Positions 38,655-47,850 of a stretch of 64,000 nt of DNA are shown piece after piece. The position numbers were made by a program, and so were the translations under genes. Each line of letters begins with the position of its first letter. Position 1 is the stretch's first letter. The notes under the pieces are model-generated. The model was given only the letters and a program-made list of their open reading frames with translations, did no database searches and was not told the DNA's origin. The DNA lies in the NCBI GenBank assembly GCA_036802685.1, contig DAIRVS010000004.1, forward strand, positions 2,651 through 66,650, given 5' to 3'. The DNA is from Myxococcota bacterium. Lineage in GTDB: Bacteria; Myxococcota_A; Polyangia; HGW-17.

Positions 38655-40082
38655 TCATTCAAACAGATTGGACTCGTCCCCGACCGACCGGCCGCCCGAG
38701 GTCCGCAACTTTTTTTCGAACCGGGTCTTGCCGCCGCGGCCGGGACCGTAGGCCTGCTCCCGCAGACGGGCCAATTCGGCGTCGGTGGCCCGCACCTTCT
38801 CGGCGCGGTCGAGGTAGCCGCGCGCCTTCTTCCGGTGCATGAGCGCCGCCTCGAGCCGGGTCTGGGACAGGCCGAGGTGGAGGCGGGCCAGGGCCAGCAG
38901 GCTGGAGAAGGCCTCCTCGTCACCGAGCCGGGACACCAGGGTGCGGTGGGTGGCCAGCGCGTCGTCGTGGAGCCCGGCGCTCTCCTGGAGCTGGGCCAGG
39001 GTGAGCATATCGCCGGTGGACTCGCGGTCCTTCATCAGGCGCATGTGGCGGCGGTGGGCGTCCACGGCCAGGGTGAAGGCCTGGTTCTTCGCGTGCAGAT
39101 CGCGCAGCAGACGCCAGGCGTGGGCGAGGAACGGGTTCGCTTCGAGGGCGGCCTCGAGGTGGCGCCGGGCCTCGGGCTCGCGCTGGGCGTGGAAGTAGAT
39201 GTTGCCCAACAGCAGCAGGGCCTCGGGATCGCCCGGCTCCAGACGCAGGGCGTTCTCGAGCTCGACGACGGCGTCGGGCCGGTTGCCCAGGCGCAGGTGG
39301 ATGACGCCGCGCAGGTAGTGCAGCAAGGCGATGTTCGCGTAGCGCTGCATGATCTTCTCAAGCTCGTCCTGGGCGGCCGCGGGCTCTTCGCCCCGGAGCA
39401 GGGCGCGCACCCGGGCCAGCTCCGGCACCAGCTCCGGCGGGAGCCGCCGGTTCCAGGCGCGGGCCATCTCGACGAGCCGCCGGGCCGCGGCGACCTCGGC
39501 CGCGGAACCCGAGTCCAGGAGCGGTCGCAGCGTGGGGACGACCTGGTCCAGGCGTCCGAGCCCCAGTTGGCAGCGGGCGAGGGCCAGGCGCACGGCCCCC
39601 GCGTTCAGTCCGGGGTCGGCGAGGGCCGAGGTGAGCGGGGCCAGGGCCTCGGCGTGGCGCTCCTCGAGCAGGAGGATCAGTCCCAGCCGGAAGGCGGGCT
39701 CCCGGTCGGCCTGGCCGGGGTCGGCCAGCGGCGAGAGGAGACGGCGGGCCTCGCCGGGCCGTTGATCGTAAAAATGGACCATGGCGCGGGCGTAGGGGCC
39801 AAAAGGCGCCCGGAGGCCGGCCACCGCTGCCGGCAGGGGTCGCCCGCCGTGGACCGCGCAGAGGGCGGACAGGCGCAGCCACTCCCAGGCGGTGGCGCGA
39901 GGCCAGCCGGCGATGCCGTCGGGGGCCAGCTCCCGCACCTGCGCGCAGGCGGCTGCCTCTTTATTTTGTGCCCATAAAGCCCGGGCCGAACGGACGGTCT
40001 CGCGGGGGGAGGGGGTCCGGCAGGCGGCCAGCGCCGACAGGACCAACAACATTGCGATCTGCACTGGGAAATTCGGCTTCAT
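38655..40082 (-). CDS. TPR-repeat lipoprotein
   Basis: Lipobox LSALAAC; multiple TPR units (LGNRPDAVVELENALRLEPGDPEALLLLGNIYF...). Confidence 0.65.
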   Translation of the reverse strand: MKPNFPVQIAMLLVLSALAACRTPSPRETVRSARALWAQNKEAAACAQVRELAPDGIAGWPRATAWEWLRLSALCAVHGGRPLPAAVAGLRAPFGPYARAMVHFYDQRPGEARRLLSPLADPGQADREPAFRLGLILLLEERHAEALAPLTSALADPGLNAGAVRLALARCQLGLGRLDQVVPTLRPLLDSGSAAEVAAARRLVEMARAWNRRLPPELVPELARVRALLRGEEPAAAQDELEKIMQRYANIALLHYLRGVIHLRLGNRPDAVVELENALRLEPGDPEALLLLGNIYFHAQREPEARRHLEAALEANPFLAHAWRLLRDLHAKNQAFTLAVDAHRRHMRLMKDRESTGDMLTLAQLQESAGLHDDALATHRTLVSRLGDEEAFSSLLALARLHLGLSQTRLEAALMHRKKARGYLDRAEKVRATDAELARLREQAYGPGRGGKTRFEKKLRTSGGRSVGDESNLFE

Positions 40083-40296
40083 GTAAATCCGCAACGACAG
40101 GGCGCCACCCGGAGGTGTGAATAAAACTTTACATCTCCGCAGCGGAAAGTAACAAAAACGCATCGAATATGGTATGGTAAAATGCCAAATCGACGGAAAT
40201 CGACCCGATCCCGGCCGATTTCCCTGGATTTTCGTCCTGGCATGCGAATTGCTCAAAACGACGTGGTCGTTACACGACTTATTTGGAGGTTGAGCC

Positions 40297-41073
40297 ATGA
40301 GACACCAATTCCTCGTTATCCTCTTTGGTTCCGTTCTGATGTTCGCCCTGACGGGCTGTCCGGACCGGCACAACGACTGCCGGTGCAGTTATTGTGACGA
40401 CTCCGGCTGCTGGGCCTGCGACTGCGATTATTGCTGGCCCGTGGACAACGAGCCGTGCACCGACGGCGTCACCTGCGACGACGGCTATCTCTGCACCGAT
40501 TACGGTTGCGCGAAGCTGTGCGGTCACGAGGCCGACTGCGGCGAGGGCGAGGTCTGTCTCGACGCCGGCTACTGCGGCCCCGAGGAGGCGCCCGACACCC
40601 GCTGCGTCTCCGACGACGACTGCGGCAACGGCTTCATCTGCGAGCCCGACGAGAACGGCGACCTGTTCTGCGTGCCCGGCTGCCAGAGCAACGACGAGTG
40701 CGACGAGGGCTTCGTCTGCACGTCCTGCGGCCGCTGCGCCCCCGAGGACAACCCGGTGTGCGGCGACTCCAAGGTGTTCTGCTCCGACGACGCGGAGTGC
40801 GGCGCGAAGGTCTGCACGGCCGACAACAAGTGCGGCCTGGTCTGCGACGAGCTGGAGCCCGTGTGTCCGACCGGTCAGATCTGTGTCGAGGCCGAGTGCA
40901 TCGACGACCCGGCGCCGGTCTCCCCGGAGTGCGTGTTCTCCAGCCACTGCGAGGCGGGCCACGTCTGCATCAACGCCTACTGCCACGCCACCTGTGAGAC
41001 CCATGACCAGTGCGGCTACGGCGAGTTCTGCGACCTGGGCGTGTGCAAGGCCGACTATCGCCCCGAAATCTGA
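40297..41073 (+). CDS. Cys-rich secreted lipoprotein with Myxococcus-type cysteine-rich repeats
   Basis: Lipobox LTGC; more than 40 Cys in repeated C-x-D/E-G-x-C units; GGAGG SD. Confidence 0.65.
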   Translation: MRHQFLVILFGSVLMFALTGCPDRHNDCRCSYCDDSGCWACDCDYCWPVDNEPCTDGVTCDDGYLCTDYGCAKLCGHEADCGEGEVCLDAGYCGPEEAPDTRCVSDDDCGNGFICEPDENGDLFCVPGCQSNDECDEGFVCTSCGRCAPEDNPVCGDSKVFCSDDAECGAKVCTADNKCGLVCDELEPVCPTGQICVEAECIDDPAPVSPECVFSSHCEAGHVCINAYCHATCETHDQCGYGEFCDLGVCKADYRPEI

Positions 41074-41140
41074 TCGCCGGACGTCCCCCCGAGCTGGTCC
41101 CCTGATCCTCCCGATCCCCCGTCCGTTCCAAGAACCACAA

Positions 41141-42883
41141 CTAATTTGCCAGCAGGGTCTCGTGCAGATCCAGGCCGAAGGCGCGCGGCGACACGACGAT
41201 GTTGGGCGGGCTCTGCACGCGTTTGAAGAAGGAGCGGGCGATGGCCGTCCGGACCTCGCGGGCGGCGGTCTCGAAGGCGTCGTCGGTCATCTTGTCGTAC
41301 ACGCGCAGGCCCCGCGCGTCCGGGATCCACAATTCCGGATCCAGCGCCCGCGCCTCGAAGAGCGCCCGCAGCTCGCCGGGGGTTCGGCGGCGCTCGATGA
41401 GCTCCACCCCCAGGGGGGCCTCGACGTGGTAGTCGAAGGGATCCCCCTTGCCCTCGAGGATGTTCTGGTTCTCCGAGAGCTCGGCGCTGGGGATCAGGTC
41501 GTAGATCTCCTGCGGAAGGATTTCCCGGTGCGGATCCAGCTCCCGGCCGAGGGCATATACTAATAATTTATGCACGTCCCCGAGGGGCATGAGCGCGCCG
41601 ATGAGATCGCCGTACAAGGTGGCGTAGCCCCGCTGGAACTCGGTCTTGTTGCCGTTGCCCACGACCAGGGCGCCGAGCTCCTGGGCCCAGGCCATGAGCA
41701 CGTTGCCCCGCTCGCGGGCCTGGAGGTTCTCGAGGGTGAGGGTGGCGGGCGGGCGCCCGAGGAGGCCGGAGAGGCGGGCGGTGTGGGCGTCCACCACGTC
41801 CCCGATCGGGTGCACGACGTAGCGCGCACTCAGGGCGCCCGCGATGCGGTCGGCGAGCCCGCGGGTGACCGCGCTGTTGAAGCGCGTGGGCAGGTTCACG
41901 CAGGTCAGGCGGTCGGCGCCCAGCGCCCGGGCGACCAGGACGGCGTCCACGGCCGAGTCGATGCCCCCCGAGAGCCCGATCACGGCCCCGCAGCCGGGGC
42001 GGGTCCGCTCGAAGAACTCCCGGATGCCGAAGGTGAGGGCCCGGGCCAGCCGCGCCTCGGGGCGGACCGGGGACGTCTCGAAGGGACCCCGGGGCGCCTC
42101 GAGAGGGAGCTCCCACACCGACGGCTCCTGCGACCACGGCGCTCCTTCGAGGATCCCCCCGGAGGTCAGGGCGAAACAGTCACCGTCGAACAGGACGAGG
42201 TTCTTGCCCACGTCTTCCAGGCTGGTGGCGTTCACGTACACCAGGGGCAGCCCGGTCTCGGCCACCCGCCGGGCCGCCACCGAGCGGCGCAGGGGCGGCT
42301 TCTCCAGGTGGAACGGCGAGGCGTTGATTACGCACAGGAGCTCGGCGCCCAGGCCGGCCAGCCGCCTGGCGGGGTGGAGCGGCTCGCCGTCGTCCCAGAG
42401 GTCCTGGCAGACCAGCACGCCAAGGCGCAGGTGGCGTCCGCCGGCCAGCGGCACGTCCACGGGCGCGACGTCGTCGATGGACCCCGGGTCGAAGTAGCGC
42501 GAGTCCTCGAGCACGCCCTCGTTGGCCAAAAGTACCTTGCGGCTCCGGTGGAGCTCCCTGCCGCCGGCGAGCACCACCGCGCCGTTGTGACGCAGTTCGG
42601 CGGCGCCCTCCCGTCCGGCGAAGGTGGCGCCCAGCACCACCGCGATCCCGGAGGTGGCGGGGACGAGGAGCTCTTCGAGGACCCGCTCCTGGCGGCGCAG
42701 CAGGTCGGGATCCAGATGGATGTCCCCCAGGCAGTAGCCGGTCAGCGCCGTCTCGGGGAAGACGACGAGGTCGCAGCCGCGGGTCCGGGCCTCGGCGATC
42801 CGCCCGCAGAGGCGTCGGGCGTTCTCCTCCACCGCGCCGAGGCGGGGCATGAACGGGCAGGCGAAGATCCGGATGGCGGTCAT
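41141..42883 (-). CDS. nadE: glutamine-dependent NAD+ synthetase (N-terminal CN-hydrolase domain plus C-terminal NAD synthetase)
   Basis: Nitrilase-type catalytic E...K...C region (DLVVFPETAL...ELLCVINASPF); C-terminal ATP-PPase SGGIDS motif; start taken at MTAIRIF. Confidence 0.9.
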   Translation of the reverse strand: MTAIRIFACPFMPRLGAVEENARRLCGRIAEARTRGCDLVVFPETALTGYCLGDIHLDPDLLRRQERVLEELLVPATSGIAVVLGATFAGREGAAELRHNGAVVLAGGRELHRSRKVLLANEGVLEDSRYFDPGSIDDVAPVDVPLAGGRHLRLGVLVCQDLWDDGEPLHPARRLAGLGAELLCVINASPFHLEKPPLRRSVAARRVAETGLPLVYVNATSLEDVGKNLVLFDGDCFALTSGGILEGAPWSQEPSVWELPLEAPRGPFETSPVRPEARLARALTFGIREFFERTRPGCGAVIGLSGGIDSAVDAVLVARALGADRLTCVNLPTRFNSAVTRGLADRIAGALSARYVVHPIGDVVDAHTARLSGLLGRPPATLTLENLQARERGNVLMAWAQELGALVVGNGNKTEFQRGYATLYGDLIGALMPLGDVHKLLVYALGRELDPHREILPQEIYDLIPSAELSENQNILEGKGDPFDYHVEAPLGVELIERRRTPGELRALFEARALDPELWIPDARGLRVYDKMTDDAFETAAREVRTAIARSFFKRVQSPPNIVVSPRAFGLDLHETLLAN

Positions 42884-42996
42884 GGGCGGGACTCCTTCGG
42901 GGACCGTTTCTACCACAAGCCGCCAAAAAGGGCACCGTCGGGCGACAGCTTGCGCCCGGACGGGAAACATGACAAAACGCGGGCGGAGGAACTCGG

Positions 42997-44061
42997 ATGC
43001 GCCATATCGCCGTCGGCCTGCTCGCCTGGACCCTGGTGTCGACCCTCGCCTGCAAGAGGACCGCGGGTCCGGTCCGTCCCCCGCGTCTCCCGGAGCCGCC
43101 TCCGGCGACCGTCACCCCCCATGTGCCCCTGCTGAACTTCGAGCGCTTCGGCCTGCTGTTCGTGATCCCCACGGCCCGGAACTACTACATCCAGCTCTCG
43201 GAGAGGGTGCAGACCGAACCCGCCGAGCTCGACAAGGACCAACTGCGCCTGCAGCAGGTCGTCCCGCCCGTGGTGATGACCCACGCCCCCTCGCGGCCGC
43301 TGATGCCCGAGGCCCACGACCGCGGGTACGTCCTGATGCGGGATACCGAGGCCGTGTGCCAGGGCCAACTGGCCGAGCCCGTCCTGCTGGGCCGCCTGAT
43401 CCCCAACAGCGGCGAATGGGACGGGTGGGAGCTCGACCCGTGGTCCGATCCGAAGCCCGCCCTGGCCACCGCCGAGAAGAAGATGCCCCTCGGGGATCTG
43501 TGGACCCAGTCGGGGGTGGTCACCGCCGGCGCCCTGCAGGGTTGCGTCAAGGTGCGCACGAAGGACGACTCGTTCCTGTGGGCGCGCCCGGCCCACCTCC
43601 CGCAGCCCGCTCTCCTGCCGCGCAACCCGCAGGGCCTTCTCGAACAGCACGAAGCCGCAGGTAAAAAACATCTCCTCGATGCCGGTTTCCGCGACAAGGT
43701 CAAGGAGTTCGAGGCCGACATGGGCGAGGAGATGGAGCCCAATTACGTGGTGAACGTGTACTCCGACGGCCGGTCCACTTTGGTGGAGGCCCGCGGTACC
43801 GTGGGCGAATCGGACTGTGGCGGCGGCGGCCATGAGTTGTGGATGCTGTGGCGGGTGACCGACGGCCAGTGGGAGGAGCTCGGACGTCAGGAAGGCGTGC
43901 AGCACATCCTGCTGATCGGGGACCTCAACGGCGACGGCCTGCTCGAGCTCGTCATCCGCGATGGTTTCTACAACTTCGGGGTCACCCTCTACCAACTCGA
44001 GGGCCTGCACCTGAAGAAGGTCATGCGCACCGAGTACCCCTCCCACGAAGGCGTCTGCTAG
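42997..44061 (+). CDS. lipoprotein of unknown function
   Basis: LVSTLAC lipobox; no recognised domain. Confidence 0.55.
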   Translation: MRHIAVGLLAWTLVSTLACKRTAGPVRPPRLPEPPPATVTPHVPLLNFERFGLLFVIPTARNYYIQLSERVQTEPAELDKDQLRLQQVVPPVVMTHAPSRPLMPEAHDRGYVLMRDTEAVCQGQLAEPVLLGRLIPNSGEWDGWELDPWSDPKPALATAEKKMPLGDLWTQSGVVTAGALQGCVKVRTKDDSFLWARPAHLPQPALLPRNPQGLLEQHEAAGKKHLLDAGFRDKVKEFEADMGEEMEPNYVVNVYSDGRSTLVEARGTVGESDCGGGGHELWMLWRVTDGQWEELGRQEGVQHILLIGDLNGDGLLELVIRDGFYNFGVTLYQLEGLHLKKVMRTEYPSHEGVC

Positions 44062-44077
44062 AGGACCGACCGATCGC

Positions 44078-44107
44078 GATTTCGATTTCGATTTCGATTT
44101 CGATTTG
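44078..44107. repeat. hexanucleotide tandem repeat (GATTTC)4-GATTTG in a convergent intergenic gap
   Basis: Read directly: gatttcgatttcgatttcgatttcgatttg. Confidence 0.9.
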
Positions 44108-44128
44108 GAATGGGATGAATCCCCGCGG

Positions 44129-44929
44129 TCAGATCTCGATGATCCGCAGGGACACCAGCATGGTCTCCTTCGGGTCCTTGCCCAGCTCGTTGGGGTAACC
44201 GAAGGGGGAGAGCTCCCAGGGCACCGCGTGGGGCAGCACCGAGAACAGGAACCGGGCGTGGACGTGCCCGGAGGCGATGTAGACGACCTTGGGATACCGG
44301 AAGATCAACTCACCCAGGCGGTCCGAGCCGACGTAGGGCAGGATGTCCTCGTGGACGCTGGGAGCGAGCAGTTTCACGAAGGAGGCCGTGTGCGTGATCA
44401 CGAAGATGCGGTCGGCCCGAGCGCTGGCCGCCTCGAGTTGGCGTTCCAGGAGCTGGAGTTGCCACTCGAGCACGTCCCGGGGCTTCGGGAGGCCGGGCCA
44501 CACGCAGCAGGTGGCGTCCGGCGTGGTCAACTGGCCCCCGGGGTAGTCCTCGTACCAGCCCGTGACGCCCACCACGGCCACGGGGTCGAACCAGGCGGGC
44601 GCCAGCCCCAGATATTCGGCGCCCGCGGTGGCGACCACGCGGGGCAGCACGGTCTCATACAATTGGCGGCTGTCCAGCAGGCCGTTGGAGTCGGTCACCC
44701 AAAGGTCATGATTGCCCGGGAGGAACAGCACCCGCGGCACGATCTCGAGCAGGCGCCGCAGCGTGGCCCCCAGGCGGGAGAAGCCCGAGAACAGATCGCC
44801 GCCGAGCACGAGGGCATCCACCGGGACGTTGCGCAGGCGCTCTTCGAGCACCGGCAGCAGGCCGGGGTTGTGATCGAAGTGGAGATCGCTGATGAAGGCC
44901 AGTCGCACGTGATGGTTCCAGATCCGGGG
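44129..44929 (-). CDS. calcineurin-like metallophosphoesterase; the start is uncertain (GTG near 44929 preferred over ATG at 45103)
   Basis: LAFISDLHFD...GGDLF...GNHD...GHVH phosphoesterase motifs; the upstream 60 aa of the long ORF are G/P/R/S-rich and overlap GC-rich hairpins. Confidence 0.55.
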   Translation of the reverse strand, partial: PRIWNHHVRLAFISDLHFDHNPGLLPVLEERLRNVPVDALVLGGDLFSGFSRLGATLRRLLEIVPRVLFLPGNHDLWVTDSNGLLDSRQLYETVLPRVVATAGAEYLGLAPAWFDPVAVVGVTGWYEDYPGGQLTTPDATCCVWPGLPKPRDVLEWQLQLLERQLEAASARADRIFVITHTASFVKLLAPSVHEDILPYVGSDRLGELIFRYPKVVYIASGHVHARFLFSVLPHAVPWELSPFGYPNELGKDPKETMLVSLRIIEI

Positions 44930-45010
44930 GCGTCCGCGGCGTTCGGACGAAAAAGTCCCCGGAGAGGGAGAATATAAACCAGGTTCTGCCGTCCTCCTAC
45001 CCGAAAAATC

Positions 45011-45054
45011 GGTCCCGGTCCTTTCCGGGACCGGCCGGTCCTTACCGGGGCCGG
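45011..45054. repeat. two tandem ~22-nt GC-rich hairpin-forming units (GGTCCCGG-tccttt-CCGGGACC and GGCCGG-tcctta-CCGGGGCCGG)
   Basis: Perfect 8-bp inverted repeat with a 6-nt loop followed by a diverged duplicate; lies upstream of or within the N-terminus of the 44129 gene. Confidence 0.7.
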
Positions 45055-45204
45055 AAAACCCGTTCACCCAGGTGATTATTTCCGCCTCGCGCGCCTTTCT
45101 CAAGAAAAGACGTGCTTAAAAGGGGAGATCATGCTATACAATTCCGCGAATCACGGGCGAGTCGCCAGTTTTGGCACCTGCCAGCAACCATAGGAGGTAT
45201 CACC

Positions 45205-45879
45205 ATGAAACGTTTTGCTTTACTCATCGCGACCCTTGGCTTCTTCTCCGCCTGCAACTCCTCGGACTCCATCATCACCTGCGACCGGTATGACGAGTGG
45301 CTGGCCTCGTGCAGCAACTGCTCGATGACCCTCTCCTGCGAGGACAACTACGACTCGCTGGCTCCGGACGTGCAGATCGACCTCGACGACTGCGCCGACT
45401 ACACCCTGATGGATAATCTGTATGTGTGCGGCGACTGGACCGGCGACGTCCAGTACTGTGTTGATCTGGGCTACCAATACCTGGGCATCAGTTGCGACGA
45501 CTACTGGTGCGGCGATGGCATCTGCGACCATGGCGAGGACGAGTTCAACTGCTCGACCGACTGCACCGGCGGCCCGTACTGCGGCGACGGTAGCTGCGAC
45601 ATCGACGAGGATCCCGTGGGTTGCCCGTTGGACTGCGCCTACATCGTCTGTGACGACTACCAGACCTGGCTCGAGAGCTGCTTCGACAACTGCACCGCGG
45701 CTGACTCCTGCGACGCCGAATACGGCGTGCTCGATGACGTCACCGCGGCCGCCGTGTGGGACTGCGCCGAGTTCCTGGCCGATGAGGCGACCGAAGGCCT
45801 GTGCCTGGAGAACACCAACGGCGAGTGCGACATCATGCTCGAAGAGGAGCTGGGCTCCTACGGCGACTGCACCTACTAG
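45205..45879 (+). CDS. Cys/Asp-rich secreted lipoprotein (calcium-binding-like CGDGxCDxxEDxxxC units)
   Basis: Lipobox FFSAC; about 30 Cys; GGAGG SD 7 nt upstream. Confidence 0.65.
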   Translation: MKRFALLIATLGFFSACNSSDSIITCDRYDEWLASCSNCSMTLSCEDNYDSLAPDVQIDLDDCADYTLMDNLYVCGDWTGDVQYCVDLGYQYLGISCDDYWCGDGICDHGEDEFNCSTDCTGGPYCGDGSCDIDEDPVGCPLDCAYIVCDDYQTWLESCFDNCTAADSCDAEYGVLDDVTAAAVWDCAEFLADEATEGLCLENTNGECDIMLEEELGSYGDCTY

Positions 45880-45932
45880 TCCCCGTGTTTGTTAGTCTCT
45901 ACCCCCTGATTTCCCCCTGATACAAGCAAAAA

Positions 45933-45996
45933 TCCGACAGGTTCGACGGGTCCGACCAGTCCGACAGGTCCGACAGGTCCGACGAGTCAGACCGAC
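45933..45996. repeat. about seven imperfect tandem copies of the 9-bp unit GTCCGACAG immediately 3' of the J-domain gene stop
   Basis: tccgacag gttcgacgg gtccgacca gtccgacag gtccgacag gtccgacga gtcagaccgac; also flanked by 2x CCCCCTGAT at 45903-45922. Confidence 0.85.
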
Positions 45997-45999
45997 TTC

Positions 46000-47406
46000 C
46001 TACTCTTTTTTCTTGAACAGGTTCAGAAAGCTGCCGGTGGTGCGGGTCAGGGGGTTCGCGGCGTTCTTGGCGCGGCGCTCGAGGAGCCGCAGTTCGCGGG
46101 CGGCCTCGATGTGCTCGGCGTTGATCTCGACCGCCCGGATGAAGTACTGCCGGGCCGTGGCTATCTGCTCCATGTCCATGCAGACCTTGCCCAGGTAAAA
46201 ATAGAAGTCGGCCTCCCGGGGGGTGAGCTGGATGGCCTTCTGCAGGGCGGCCTTGACCTCGTCGCGCACGGCCACCCGGTCGTTGTCGGGGTTGAGGTAG
46301 CGCAGCCACGCCCACATGGCCAGGTGGCTGCCGTCCTCGTTCTTCTGGCGGGCCTCGAAGAACATCTGTTCGGCCAGGGTGTACTCCTTGCGGCGGAAAT
46401 GAATGATCCCCTTCTGATAGCAGACCTCGGCCTCGAGCACCCGTCGCACCTCGGCCTCGTCCTCGCGGGTCTGGGCGGGCTTGCGGTACTTCTCGCGGGT
46501 GGCGGGATCCTTGAGTTGGTCGTAGGCCTCCGTGAGCCGGGCGAAGGCGGTCTGCGCCTCGGCGACGAAAGCGGTCAGGCCCCGCCGGGAGAGGGTGTCC
46601 GGGTGGAGCCGCCGCGCCAGCTCCTTGAAGCGGGCCTCGATCTCCTCGGTCGTGGCCGTGAGCGCCAGGCCGAGCCGGACGAACGGGTTCTCGTCGTCGA
46701 GGGAGGCCCAGAGCTGGCGCAACTCGAGGACGGCCTCGGGCTCCGGAGGCGCTCCGGGCGTCGCGGGGGCGGCGGCGACCGTCGGGGTTGCGGGGCCGGC
46801 CTCGCTGGCGGGAGCGCCTCCGTCGCAGGGCACCTGGTCCTCGGCCGGGATCGCCTGCAGCAGGCGGCACGAGGCCAGGCTGTACAGCAGGCTCAGGATG
46901 TCCTTGAACGACAGCGGGGAGGTGGCGCGCAACTGGGTGACCGTGCTGGGGGTGGCCTGCAGCACGCGGACGAGCTCCAGCTCCGGGGGCGTGAGCTCGA
47001 AGTGCCCGACCAGGGCGGAGAGCCGCGGCGAGACACCGAGGCGACAACGGGAGAGCTCCCTCGTCTCGGCCTCGAGCCGGACCAGGTCGTACCGCTCGCG
47101 CAGCCCGCGCCGGATCCACGGCAGGGGGTTGACCCCGTCGCCGGCGGGGACGGTCACGGGCTCGATCTGGACCTGTTCCACCGTCGGATTGAACAGGCCC
47201 AGCAGGTGCTCGCCCACCGAGGCCGACGCCAGTTTCGGGTTGGGGCTTTCGGCCCGCACCGGCAGCCCCTGCCGGAAATGCACGGTCAGGTCGCCCTGGG
47301 GGTCGGGCACCCGCAGAAAACCCTCGAAATGGGAATCCAGAAGATGTATGAGAAGAAGTGGCGGAGGCACTTGCGAGACGGGATACCAGGCCATGACGGA
47401 TGTCAC
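46000..47406 (-). CDS. J-domain (DnaJ-like, HPD motif) protein with an N-terminal DUF4388-like region and C-terminal TPR-like helices
   Basis: EIEARFKELARRLHPD J-domain helix II/III; C-terminal TPR-like helices; ends KKKE. Confidence 0.65.
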   Translation of the reverse strand: MTSVMAWYPVSQVPPPLLLIHLLDSHFEGFLRVPDPQGDLTVHFRQGLPVRAESPNPKLASASVGEHLLGLFNPTVEQVQIEPVTVPAGDGVNPLPWIRRGLRERYDLVRLEAETRELSRCRLGVSPRLSALVGHFELTPPELELVRVLQATPSTVTQLRATSPLSFKDILSLLYSLASCRLLQAIPAEDQVPCDGGAPASEAGPATPTVAAAPATPGAPPEPEAVLELRQLWASLDDENPFVRLGLALTATTEEIEARFKELARRLHPDTLSRRGLTAFVAEAQTAFARLTEAYDQLKDPATREKYRKPAQTREDEAEVRRVLEAEVCYQKGIIHFRRKEYTLAEQMFFEARQKNEDGSHLAMWAWLRYLNPDNDRVAVRDEVKAALQKAIQLTPREADFYFYLGKVCMDMEQIATARQYFIRAVEINAEHIEAARELRLLERRAKNAANPLTRTTGSFLNLFKKKE

Positions 47407-47436
47407 CTCGATCCCGGCAGTGTAGTGGAAATTCGA

Positions 47437-47850
47437 ATGAAGTCAATCATTCCACATGGTTCATCCCGCAATGGGGAGCGTCACGCGGTCCGGATCGCGG
47501 GTCGCGGTCCGCTCGCCGGGTACGTCCGGGTGGCCTCGGGCTTCGGTTCGCGGTTGCGCGGGCTCCTGGGCACGCGGGCGCTGGACCCCGGCCACGGGCT
47601 GTTGCTCGTCCCCTGCACGTCGATCCACATGTTTTTCATGTCCATCCCCTTGGACGTGGCCTTCCTGGACGCAGATGGGATGGTTGTGGATATATATAAA
47701 AATATCAAACCCTGGCGGATGTCCCGTCTCCACCCGGAGGCCTTTGCCGCCTTGGAGCTGGCCGCGGGCACCTTCGAGGCCGCCGGTCTCGAGCGGGGTG
47801 ACCGGCTCGAGTTCACCCGGTTGGCGTCTACGCCGGAAGTTACAGGATGA
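47437..47850 (+). CDS. DUF192 (COG1430)-family protein
   Basis: LLLVPCTSIHMFFMSIPLDVAFLDADGMVVDI matches the DUF192 core. Confidence 0.6.
   Translation: MKSIIPHGSSRNGERHAVRIAGRGPLAGYVRVASGFGSRLRGLLGTRALDPGHGLLLVPCTSIHMFFMSIPLDVAFLDADGMVVDIYKNIKPWRMSRLHPEAFAALELAAGTFEAAGLERGDRLEFTRLASTPEVTG

Noticed and set aside
44078-44107. CRISPR array or other spacer-repeat structure
   Set aside because: Only simple hexamer and nonamer microsatellites are present. There are no 24-48-nt repeats separated by unique spacers and no cas genes.
44929-45103. Longer N-terminus (ATG at 45103) for the second metallophosphoesterase
   Set aside because: The extra 58 residues are G/P/R/S-rich and coincide with tandem GC-rich hairpins, which is typical of translated non-coding GC-rich DNA. 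The conserved phosphoesterase domain starts right after the GTG near 44929. This remains uncertain.
45165-45185. Sigma54-like TGGCAC-N5-AGCA element upstream of the Cys-rich lipoprotein gene (also TGGCAC at 48978)
   Set aside because: The GG-to-GC spacing is 9 rather than 10, and the -12 element is AGCA rather than TTGC. It is not a convincing RpoN promoter without an enhancer-binding-protein gene nearby.
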